From Macrostomum hystrix (Eukaryota; Animalia; Platyhelminthes), in NCBI GenBank assembly GCA_950097015.1, contig CATNEN010000038.1:21204001-21268000 (forward strand): DNA of 64,000 nt, given 5' to 3'. A program made the position numbers and the translations under genes. Below the pieces are notes generated by a model that saw only the letters and a program-made list of their open reading frames with translations, had not been told where the DNA came from and ran no database searches. Each line of letters starts with the position of its first letter. Position 1 is the first letter of the stretch. Below are positions 37,701-49,157 of the stretch, piece by piece.

Positions 37701-40700
37701 GATCAAGGCGCAAAATCTGAGAAATGATACAGGAAAAAAATTCTGTATTCAAAGCCAAAAATATTATATTTCCCAATTTTCCAATTTTTTTTCTCAAATT
37801 TCCAAATTTCCCAAAACAGACTAACTACCCCATACAACATCTAGGAGAGAACAGCTACAGAAATCTCATGCGAAAATGAAGAATTACAGAATTACAGACA
37901 GTTGACAGCAAACTCAAACAGAATTACAGACTGGTGACAGCAAACTCAAACAGAATTACAGACAGTTGACAGCAAACTCGAACAGAATTACAGACAGGTG
38001 ACAGCAAACTCAAACAGAATTACAGACTGGTGACAGCAAACTCAAACAGAATTACAGACAGTTGACAGCAAACTCAAACAGAATTACAGACAGTTGACAG
38101 CAAACTCGAACAGAATTACAGACAGGTGACAGCAAACTCAAACAGAATTACAGACTGGTGACAGCAAACTTAAACAGAATTACAGACAGGTGACAGCAAA
38201 CTCAGACAGAAAAACACCCATAATACAGAACAATACGCAATACTAATAATACCAAAAATATAGAAAATAATTACCGAAAAATAGCAGCAAAACCATACAG
38301 ACTTACATACAGACAGACAACAGAAATGACTTACAGGACAATTTTCAGGTGGATACCGCATCTGGCCACTATAGAATGAAAAGCGGCAGCCAAGGCTGCA
38401 GTCTTCTGCACGGATGATAAGCGCTTCAAACGATCGGTAGAATCTCCACTAGCGGGCGCAGGTGAGTTAGTTTTTGAAAACAGCAACTGACGGAGCAGCT
38501 CGCCTTGAATAGCGCTTAGAGCTGAGCGAGTCTCCGACTGAAACAAAAGTACAATGTTCCCCCAGGTCTTTTGTGGGAAAATGTGGAAAAACTACCAGAT
38601 GCCTAACTGAAACAGAAAAGTAACGGATGCCTCACTGAAATTCGAAACAGAAAAGTAACGGATGCCTAATTGAAATCCGAAACAGAAAAGTAACGGATGC
38701 CTCACTGAAATCCGAAACAGAAAAGTAACGGATGCCTCACTGAAATCCGAAACAGAAAAGTAACGGATAACTCCCAAATAGTATAGTGACGGATGCCCAA
38801 TTGAAATCCGAAACAGAAAAGTAACGGATGCATAACTGATTTAAAAAACTGAAAAGTAACGGATGCATAACTGATTTCCAAAACAGAAAAGTAACGGATG
38901 CCTCACTGAAATCCAAAACAGAAAAGCAACGGATGCCTCACTGAAATCCAAAACAGAAAAGTAATGGATGCCTCACTGAAATCCAAAACAGAAAAGTAAC
39001 GGATGCCTAATTGAAATCCGAAACAGAAAAGTAACGGATGCCTAATTGAAATCCGAAACAGAAAAGTAACGGATGCCCCACTGAAATCCAAAACAGAAAA
39101 GCAACGGATGCCTCACTGAAATCCGAAACAGAAAAGTAACGGATGCCTCACTGAAATCCAAAACAGAAAAGTAACGGATGCCTAATTGAAATCCGAAACA
39201 GAAAAGTAACGGATGCCTAATTGAAATCCGAAACAGAAAAGTAACGGATGCCTAATTGAAATCCGAAACAGAAAAGTAACGGATGCCCCACTGAAATCCA
39301 AAACAGAAAAGTAACGGATGCCTAATCGAAATCCAAAACAGAGAAGTAACGGATGCCTCACTGAAATCCAAAACAGAAAAGTAACGGATGCCTCACTGAA
39401 ATCCAAAACAGAAAAGTAACGGATGCCTAACTGAAACAGAAAAGTAACGGATGCCTCACTGAAATCCAAAACAGAAAAGTAACGGATGCCTCACTGAAAT
39501 CCGAAACAGAAAAGTAATGGATGCCTCATTGAAATCCAAAACAGAAAAGTAACGGATGCCTAATTGAAATCCAAAACAGAAAAGTAACGGATGATTCCCA
39601 AACATATAAGTAAGGTATGCAACTAAATCAAACCGAACTATGCTTGACAAGTTTCACCTTATTAGAAGTCAACAGGTAGGGAATTAGGTCGAAGCCAAAG
39701 TGAAAGCCCTGGCTAGCCCAGTCGACGCTGAAGCGGCTGTCTCCGTTGCTAAAAATAGCCACGCGGAGGGCCTATGAAAGAGATGCCAGGTTTTTTTATT
39801 GATGAAAATTTTCTTACGAAATACTCGTACTAAACTACTCAACTGACAATTGATTTAAAGTAGTATAATACACGTACTGAGTACATTACTTTTAGTTAAA
39901 TTCTAATGTCTATTTTGCGTTGTTTAACACAAGCCAAGTGTGTTGTGTTTCGAACACTATGTCTAATGTGCTACACTGTCATAAGCATATTTCTTTATCT
40001 CCTGTACCTCAATTTGCTCCTCCGTGATTGGCTCCCGAGTCCAGAGCTTGGCACGGGCCGCATCAGCAGCAGTCAATCTCGGGCCGATAAGGTCGACGGC
40101 TTCGAAATCACTCTTCAATGAAGTCTCTTGAGGCGGTGGCTCAGGTGGAGGCGGTGTCGGCGGTTTCTGTGACTGTGGCGGCGGCGGCGGCGGCGGCAAA
40201 GAGTCGAGCAGCTGCTGCTGCTGCTGGCGATCTACAGATTTCCACCAGGGTCTGTCAAGCGACAACTTAGCAGGCGGCGACTTCAAAGACGGTCCCGCAG
40301 CACCAGCCGCAGTATTGGCTACATCACTAGTACTTTCAGTAGCAATAACAGTATTTTCGCTTCCCTTTTTTATCGAAGCCGCAGCATTGTGAATAGGCAC
40401 CGGTGGCAGTTCTGGCATCAACGATTGCAACGGAGACGAGGAAGCCGGTTTGTACTGTAGTCCGACGCGCGATCCTGTTTGGCCGCGACGAACCGGAGGG
40501 AATAGAACAGTGTCCAGCTGCTCATTGGGGGAGAATTTCAAACTTTGCTAGAGATTATTTTTATGAATATTGATTTGTATCCAAATAATAATTATCAGTT
40601 ACAATGCTGTACAAACCTCATTCTCTTTCCTATTAGAAACTGTGCCACTACCATAGGTTAACGACTTGAGGTCACTTGCGGCAGCTGAATTTAGCTCAGC

Positions 40701-40916
40701 GCGTTTCTTTCCCCCTCGAGATGATGTCTCACGACGTCGCTGCAGCTGCTGTTGTTGCTGCTGCTGCTGCTGCTGCCAACGGGTGCCACCCAGTGCAGCA
40801 ACGGACAGTTCGGTGTCAATGTCATCTTCAATTATCAAATCGGCTGAGAGTGTCTTCTTTGTGACAAGCCGTCTGGGGTTAGATATAGATGGATTAACAC
40901 TTGAGCGAGAGGCCAT
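31726..40916 (-). CDS. MINDY4-family (FAM188B/MINDY4B-like) pseudo-deubiquitinase
   Basis: Frame-compatible exons 40916-40617, 40547-40008, 39771-39658, 38537-38335, 37652-37586, 36104-35968, (35801-35787), 35717-35284, 34076-33908 and 31756-31726. Motifs: VGSFLKSPRFPIW, SDWRAERLFEL, SPVEMCLRSKWSGA. The catalytic Cys and His are substituted. Confidence 0.82.
31895..33907. repeat. 36-bp intronic minisatellite (CTTTGTGATCATGGTCTACTGGAACTAGAACACTCA) with higher-order structure
   Basis: About 55 copies; a variant pair of units recurs at ~31940, ~32840 and ~33345. Confidence 0.95.
34145..34286. repeat. 14-bp repeat (GAGAAAGAGAGGGT)
   Basis: Direct repetition. Confidence 0.9.
34864..35270. repeat. 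13-bp intronic minisatellite (CCCGATCCCAGAT)
   Basis: Direct repetition. Confidence 0.95.
36158..37480. repeat. 23-bp intronic minisatellite (GGGTAGTCTGGGTGGATCTAGGA)
   Basis: Direct repetition. Confidence 0.95.
37880..38205. repeat. 32-bp intronic minisatellite (CAGAATTACAGACTGGTGACAGCAAACTCAAA)
   Basis: Direct repetition. Confidence 0.93.
38597..39595. repeat. 35-bp intronic minisatellite (AACAGAAAAGTAACGGATGCCTCACTGAAATCCGA)
   Basis: Direct repetition. Confidence 0.94.
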
Positions 40917-42252
40917 CTCTGAAAGATTAGGATGACAAAAGTTAAAAAAAAATTTTTAACATTCTTTTTAAATTATAGGCCTAGAGTAAAACATTCATAA
41001 AAAACAATAGTAAAATTAAGTTTAAAAAGTTCATAATTCCTTTCAGAAAATATCCAGAGTGCTTAATAATCTTAAAAGTAAGTATACATAAGTTAAGGAA
41101 TATACAACTTTATTGAGCTTTTATTCTATAAATAAACAGTAATAAAGAAATAAGACAAAAATTGTGTTTCACTGTCAGATTGTAAGCTAAATTATGTAGT
41201 ACTAGTAGACATAAATTAAAAATATATATTTGTACATTAACAATAGTTTGAGCATCTAAACCACTCGGTAGATTATATCTTTCAACTAATTGCTTTCATA
41301 CCCAAAGTGTTCATAAAGGCCTTTAAATTTTATATTTTCGTAAAATCTATAGTTTTTTACAACTACATTACACATAGAACATTTAAATATATATAAATAT
41401 GCAAGTAGATATGTACGTATTTATGATGTAACAGAAACTGAAGAAAGTAAATATGCTCCTGTTACGTGCTGGTGCTCTCAGTGATTCGTTGACGATATAC
41501 AGTTTTAATGCTCAGTATACTATTTTCAAATAGAAAAACATTTCACTGAAACTCAGTATGTTTATTTATGCCTAATTTGAGCCAGAATGGCTTAGACGAC
41601 ATTATTTTTCAGTTTTTTCACTGGCCACTGCGCTGCCAATCAATCTCACACAGCTTGTGCGAAAATTCTAAAACAGCGAAGATGTTGTATTTGAGAATTT
41701 TTTTTTCAAAGTAAAAATGTAGTTTTTTAGTACTTCAAGAATGTAATTTTTCAGTTTTTATATTTTTTATTCTTGCAAACACTAATCGAATGCTCATGGA
41801 TTTGTTGTAAAGCAAAGCACTTTTTGTTTGCCTGCATATTTCCTAGAAATAAACGTTTATAAAAATTCGATATTTGACATTTCATTAAAATTATTTCATA
41901 TGTATTACTTACGGGAAATTTAAAGAAAGGAATTCGCCGGGTAAAATGCGCTGGTCTATATAGTAGGCCTAGTCGATATTAATTTCACGGCTTTTAGAAT
42001 CACTACTAAATCATAATTAGCGTCGCTATATCTTTTTCCTTTAAGAACTAGTACAACATTCGTGTGTGGTTCTGACTTACTGACTAGCCATAACTGCAGA
42101 ACTGGTTTTCCTTTTTATCTAGCATTTGTCTGCTGCAAATTCGTCATCGAAGCTTGAAATTCATATCGACTAGTGTGTTTTTACGTTTTTTAATCAGCTC
42201 GTCTGTTAGGGCATAGTGCTGTCACTAATTAAATCAAACTATTATATAAATT

Positions 42253-42676
42253 GGTAGTTGTTATTTGTCCAGTTAACCGAGTTATAACTTATAACTAAGT
42301 TATAGGGGGTTGTAGCACTACCACAAGAACCTCATGTGTAAGATAAAATAATTAACAAGCTGCAAAAGGACAGTCATTCAGATTTGAAGTTTGTTTCTCA
42401 AATTATTTTTGCTTATCAGCTAATTAAAAAAATTAAAACCTTTTCCAGAAATTCGGTTGTTTCAGGGACTAGGCCTAACTTAGTTCAAGGGTATAGTTTG
42501 GTCTTTGTGAGGTCAAGACTCAAGATGGCTCTCAGCAGAGCAAGAGTGGTCTTTGGGTGGATCGTTGCTCCTACTCATTGAAAGGGGAGAAATTAAGTCC
42601 TTGGGTGGTTAACTGGTTAACCGGACAAATAATCAAATGGCTATTTGTCTGGTTAACTGGACAAATAACAACTACC
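42253..42676. mobile_element. MITE with 26-bp TIRs and a 9-bp TSD (Merlin- or Mutator-type)
   Basis: GGTAGTTGTTATTTGTCCAGTTAACC ... GGTTAACTGGACAAATAACAACTACC, flanked by a perfect ATATAAATT duplication. Confidence 0.85.
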
Positions 42677-44893
42677 ATATAAATTAGCCAGCCCAACCAA
42701 GTAATTATTGACATTAAATAGGCCTACCCATATAAAAACGAAGCATAACTGTAGTTTTGTTCGCAAAATTTTTGTATGATTTTAAATGAACTGTTAATTA
42801 AGATTTATGATTGTAAACAATAAAACTGATTAACTGTGTCAAGACAAGTCATAGGGGGCCTACAAAACTTATTAAGGCATTCAGTGATTTAAAACACTGC
42901 CATGAAAGCCAATTACAGTGGGTAGAAATGCCTAACCCAGTAGATCCCAGTATTGACCAAAAAAATTGTTTAATATTTTCAGTTTTGCTTTCACTTTCTT
43001 TTTATATTTTCTATGATTATAATTTTATATGCCTATGTCTAGCTTATTGATTTCAGGGCAATGGCTACTATAGGGCCTATATGTTTTAATTTTTGGACAT
43101 ATCACATTGGATGTCTAGATATCTAGCAATCACTTTATCTATGTATATGAAACTCTAGTCTTGATTCCATTGGTAGGTAGGCTAAAATTCTGTATGCATT
43201 TGTACAACACAATTTTAATATAGAAAGTCAGGACTAATGTGATAATTATGGTGCAAATCGACACTTGGGATCCTCAGCCCTAGTTAAAACAGCATCCTTT
43301 GAAATTCTGATGTCAGGAAACTTTCAGCTTCTAAAAGCCTGGCAATTTCATATACCCCTGAATATAGGGCTGCAATTCCTAGCTAAAGCTTATAAAGAAG
43401 AGTTGGTATTCTTTTTATCTATATTATAGTAGCCAAGTGTTTTGTTTTAACAATTATCTAGAGTTAAAATGATTTTAAAACTGCTTAAATTTGTTGTATT
43501 TTTGTGCTTTTTTCCCCAAATTAATTTTTAATATGTGGTAAGCAATAATTAGAATTAAAGGGCTGATAGTGTGAGGTTTACATTCTGAGAGTACTAGGGG
43601 ATGACATCTCTAATTTCAAGACAAGCTCCTAAAATAAACAGTAGGGTTGCTGCCACCTTGGTCAGAAGGGTCAATTGTCTTGAGACTTATCTTGCCTTTT
43701 GACCTATTAGAAAATAACTAAAACATGTAAAGTTAAGACTTAGAGAAAATTGTCTGTGGACAACTTCCACACAATCAAATTGCTGCTGAATGGAGTCATA
43801 GATTGGTCTTAATGGTTTCTAAGAGATTGTCTCTTATCCAAGATTTAATCTCTAATTAGCTAATTACAGGAGTCAATCACATATCCATGAGATTTTGCAT
43901 GGGATACTCTTATGCAAGAGAAATCCTAGCAATTTTATATTACTAGAGTAGTCCTTTAAGTCCCTAGATACAGGAAACATATCCAAATTTAACCTTCTTG
44001 TTGTCCTGTGGACAAGAGTAACTTTTAGATTTCGTACTGGTAGAGCTTCTCCAAGCTCAAGCTTGTGTCCTGTGCATGGGGCCTTGTCTGACATGGTGGC
44101 ATGGTGGCAAAGGCTGATTTTTATTGCTCTCGGTGTCTCGTATTTATTGACAGTTTGGACCCTATCCTGCACTGAAATTGGCTGGGGCCTTTCACGTGCT
44201 CTCATTGGCTGGAATGATCACACAGGCGGAAATTCCATGGGCGTGCCTAGACTGCCACGGAAAAACCGTGGAAATAACAGCCACAGTTCTGTACAGACAC
44301 CTTTTAAAGACACCAACTAAATTCTAAATAGGAGGATAGAGACTAAGCTAGACTAAACAGCGGCGATGGCTAACTAGTCAAAGGAGTGGGTACTGGTTAC
44401 TAAGCCTAATAACTAGTGACTCACTAAATTTGCTACGAATCTAATGGCTATGATTCCTAAAATTTGTTTGCATTCTTTCATGGTCTGGTTCTTAAATTTT
44501 AACTAGGCATTGATCTTTTAATGCTGTTGTTAGAACTAAGAAGCCTTGCTTTAAATAGAAAGTGTTTTGTTTGCATTATTTTTCTTACCTTTTAAATTTT
44601 TTTTCAGATATCTGTCGCTGGCTGTGCTGTCACATTAATTATCTGTGACACGGAGAAGATACCTAGGAAAAAATTGTTATTTAGATATACATTCAGCTAA
44701 TTATATTGCTGATTAAAAAACGAAACTTGACTAGTAAATTATCTTGTTGACCTTGTAATTATTAACGCCGTAAAGCTGCTAGAGCGTCGGCGGCCTAGCA
44801 GAGATTTAAGAGGACCAACTAAACGGCGCCGCTTGATTACGACAAACTCAATTTAGCTCTGTGGAATAGCTAATTTTAGAGCTTTTTTGCCAA

Positions 44894-47321
44894 ATGGGCA
44901 GTTGCTTATCTTTACGAGCGGCCGCCAATCCCGACATGATGCCGAAATCGCAGCAGCAGCAGCAGCAGTCGGGCAAGCGAAAGCGTCGACCGCCGCTGCC
45001 GGCGCCAAATTCAGCTTTGACAGCCGACGGTTCAGCCAAATCGAGCCGACTGCACGCTGGCGAAGTCTACGCCATTGGTGGCGAAGAGCGCACTGGATAT
45101 GGAGCTTCTTCATCTGTTGCAGCTGCCACCAATGAGTTTGACAGATTCTTTGCCTGCTATTCGTTTGAGGTGAGTTTTATTGAGCTCTTATGCTCAGATC
45201 GCTAAATCCTGACCAGATCCTCGAATAGATCGCTAATCCTGTCCTTATCCTCAAATAAATCTCTAAATCCCGTCCTTATCCTCAAATAAATCTCTAAATC
45301 CCGTCCTTATCCTCAAATAAATCTCTAAATCCTGTCCTTATCCTCAAATAAATCTCTAAATCCTGTCCTTATCCTCAAATAAATCTCTAAATCCCGTCCT
45401 TATCCTCAAATAAATCTCTAAATCCCGTCCTTATCCTCAAATAAATCTCTAAATCCTGTCCTTATCCTCAAATATATCTCTAAATCCTGTCCTTATCCTC
45501 AAATAGATCTCTAAATCCTGTCCTTATCCTCAAATAGATCTCTAAATCCTGTCCTTATCCTCAAATAAATCTCTAAATCCTGTCCTTATCCTCAAATAGA
45601 TCTCTAAATCCTGTCATTATCCTCAAATAGATCTCTAAATCCTTCCCAGATCCTCAAATAGATCTCTAAATCCTTCCCAGATCCTCAAATAGATGTCTAA
45701 ATCTTACCAAGATCCTCAAATAGATGTTAAAATCCTCCCCAGATCCTCAAATAGATTTCTAAATGCTTCCCAGATCCTCAAAGTGATCTCTTAACCCTGA
45801 CCAGACCCTCATATATATCGCTAAATCCTGTCCTTATCCTCAAATAGATCGTAAAATCCTGATCTGGTCCTCAAATAAACCCCTAAATCCTGACGAAATC
45901 CTCAAAAAACCACATTCTAGCACAGAATCACAGATTCTGTAAATTTCAGACACCATGATAATATCATTCTAAGCTAGGTGATTCACGTTCCTCTCCAGGT
46001 TGATGCCAACGATGCCGCCGCAACTTCGTCCCTGTCGCCGCCCGGTCGCATCGGCGCTGGCGGCGTAGCTCGCCTCTGCCGGGACCTCGGCCTCGACCCA
46101 GTGGACATTCGCGTCCTCCTGCTTGCCTGGCTGTGCAGGGCTCGGGAGATGTGCGCCTTCACCGAGGCCGAGCTCCGGCGCGGCTGCGCTGCCCTTCGCC
46201 AGGCCGAGGCGCCGACACCGGAAGGTCTGCGAGCTGCGTTAGATGCTAGGCTTGACGCAATGACCGCTAGCAGCGGTCGCTTGTCTGCCGATCCTTTCGA
46301 CCCTAAGGACGGTGAGTTTGTGCAGTCTAGCTTAATGTACGGTTTATAAGCCCGCATATGTCTTTGATATTGCCGCCCTTGTGTAACTGGCTTTGATGTT
46401 GCCGCCCTTGTGTAACTGGCTTTGTAACTGGCTTTGATGTTGCCGCCCTTGTGTAACTGGCTTTGTAACTGGCTTTGATGTTGCCGCCCTTGTGTAACTG
46501 GCTTTGTAACTGGCTTTGATGTTGCCGCCCTTGTGTAACTGGCTTTGATATTTCCGCTCTTGTGTGAATGGCTTTGATGTTGCCGCCCTTGTGTAACTGG
46601 CTTTGATGTTGCCGACCTTGTGTAACTGGCTTTGATATTGCCGCTCTTGTGTAACTGGCTTTGATGTTGCCGACCTTGTGTAACTGGCTTTGATATTGCC
46701 GCTCTTGTGTGAATGGCTTTGATGTTGCCGACCTTGTGTAACTGGCTTTGATATTGCCGCTCTTGTGTGAATGGCTTTGATGTTGCCGCTCTTGTGTAAC
46801 TAACTGGCTTTGATGTTGCCGCCCATTTCTAAGTCGCTTTTATGTTGCCTTGGTTTTATAAGTCTCTTTGACTTTGCCGCCCTTGTGTGACAAACTTATT
46901 GTCTATATTGTATTATATTGATATAACATTATAATATAATTATAAATACAATTTGACATTCCATTTCTCACCAGTTGACGCCGCCTTCAAAGATCTGTAC
47001 CGGTGGGCCTTCGACTTTGGTCTGGAGTCGGGTCAGCGCACCCTACAGCTGCCGATGGCCACGGACCTCTGGGCGCTAATTTTTGAGGCCCGTCCAACAG
47101 GCGCGCCTCCGTTGCTAGGCGCCTGGCTAACTTGGCTACAGTCAGGTGCGTCAGGTGTCAAAGGTGTCAGTAGGGACACGTGGAACATGTTTTTAACCTT
47201 TGTTGACACCTGCGGCAGCGACTTATCAGCCTACGATCATAACGAAGCTTGGCCGTCTTTAATTGACGACTTTGTTGAAGCTGAAACTGATCGTGCCAAT
47301 CAGAATCTGCTAAATTGCTAA
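44894..47321 (+). CDS. DCUN1D3: DCN1-like protein 3 (cullin neddylation co-E3, myristoylated type)
   Basis: Exons 44894-45169, 45999-46311 and 46975-47321. MGSCLS N-terminus; PONY domain LCRDLGLDPVDIRVLLLAW, FKDLYRWAFDFGL..GQRTL, SRDTWNMFL, EAWPSLIDDFVE. Confidence 0.9.
45195..45905. repeat. 31-bp intronic minisatellite (AAATCCTGTCCTTATCCTCAAATAAATCTCT)
   Basis: Direct repetition. Confidence 0.93.
46360..46890. repeat. ~29-bp intronic minisatellite (TGTAACTGGCTTTGATGTTGCCGCCCTTG)
   Basis: Direct repetition. Confidence 0.92.
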
Positions 47322-47511
47322 AATAACAACTATTATAACAACACGTAAAGCTTGTCTGTCTGTTTCTACTTGTCTCTGTCACACCCACCCAATGGACTGA
47401 AAATCGAACTCCCGACCTCCTGTCTGATAGGTCAAAAGTCAATGGCTTTAACAGTAGAAAGACAACGTGGAGACATTTTAAATACCCACATTTTTTCTCT
47501 CTCTCTTAGAA

Positions 47512-47580
47512 CAGGGGTAGGCAAACTTATTTGCTGGCGGGCCAAAGAGAGAACCTAAAAGACGACAGCGGGCCGCATTG
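47512..47580 (+). mobile_element. Possible hAT-type transposon end remnant
   Basis: CAGGGGTAGGCAAACT..GCGGGCC..GCGGGCCGCA resembles hAT termini; no partner end found. Confidence 0.35.
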
Positions 47581-47599
47581 ACTGTATAAATAAGAGATA

Positions 47600-47905
47600 G
47601 GGGAGAGATTAGACACGGGAGAGATCAGACACGGGAAAGATTAGACACGGGAGAGATTAGACACGGGAGAGATTAGACACGGGAGAAGTTAGACACGGGA
47701 GAGATTAGACACGGGAGAGATCAGGCACGGGAAAGATTAGACACGGGAGAGATTAGACACGGGAGAGATCAGACACGGGAAAGATTAGACACGGGAGAGA
47801 TTAGACACGGGAGAGATTAGACACGGGAGAGATCAGAAACGGGAAAGATTAGACACGGGAGAAATTAGACACGGGAGAAATTAGACACGGGAGAGATTAG
47901 ACACG
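47600..47905. repeat. 16-bp minisatellite (GATTAGACACGGGAGA)
   Basis: Direct repetition. Confidence 0.93.
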
Positions 47906-48789
47906 AAAATCGGTCATTCGGTTTGAGTTCTATCGTGAAGTAGGCATTGGGTATTTGAAATATCCGCCGTGGTCCCCAGAAGGAAGTTTGCGAAATCAAA
48001 TTCAAGTAGTTTTTTTAACAAAATAGCCCAAAATCTTGCCATCCGGCTACCCTTGTGATACGCAAGCATTGTGTCTATCTGTGTGTTAAGAGTGCTCTGA
48101 GCGTACGTTGTTCGTAAATACTTTTTTTTCGTTTATCGGCGTGATTAATGCTATCTGATTTAATTTTTATTCTATAGAAGTGATTGACACCTAATTATGA
48201 TAGTGTAATCAGGAAATATTTACTTTATTTTTGCCCGTTTCAAAATCTTAACAATAAGCTGCTGCTCCTTCTGCGGACTAGAACTTCAGACGGGACATTG
48301 TAAAAATAGACATAAGATTATCCCCTTTTTCTGAACCAGGTGTTCCCCTTTTGAGCTTGTAATCCTACATTATTAGTCCCTCTAATCTAATCCAAGCTGT
48401 TTCTCGCTGTAATTAATTCTGTTGTTCGCGACTAACTCTACAATCTAGCCATTTCTATAAATATAAATTCCCGAACAGGCAGTTTTTATGTGATACTTGA
48501 CTTCATTTTTTGCTTTGCTCTTTTGCGATTATCTGTTTGACTTTCTTGTTTCCTAAACTGGATCAGCTCAAGCTAACAAATCTGGGTTCGAATCTGTAAA
48601 TTGTGTTGTAATAAAATATTGTCTCACTGGTTTAGCATCTCCTTTGTCTCTCCCACTAATCCATTCTCACTGCTGCATTATCTACTCACTCTACTATATT
48701 GCATTGTCTAACACCTCAAATTTATAATCTATTGTTTCTCTCCTAACTCTAATGCTTCCTCTTCTTCCTCTATCTAGTATCTTCCTCTC

Positions 48790-49157
48790 TCCTCGCCTCG
48801 CCTCGCCATCGCCTCGCTCTCCACTCCACCACCGCCTCTCTCTCCACATCGCCTACCTCTCCATTCTACCATCGCGTCCCTCTCCACTCTATCATCGCCT
48901 CCCTCTCCACTCTACCATCGCGTCCCTCTCCACTCTATCATCGCGTCCCTCTCCACTCTACCATCGCGTCCCTCTCCACTCTATCATCGCGTCCCTCTCC
49001 ACTCCACCACCGCCTCTCTCCACATCGCCTCCCTCTCCATTCTACCATCGCGTCCCTCTCCACTCTACCATCGCCTCTCTCTCCACTACCATCGCCTCTC
49101 TCTCCACTCTACCATCGCCTCCCTCTCCACTCTACTATCGCCTCCCTCTCCACTCTA
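48790..49157. repeat. ~23-bp pyrimidine-rich minisatellite (CTCTCCACTCTACCATCGCGTCC)
   Basis: Direct repetition. Confidence 0.9.
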
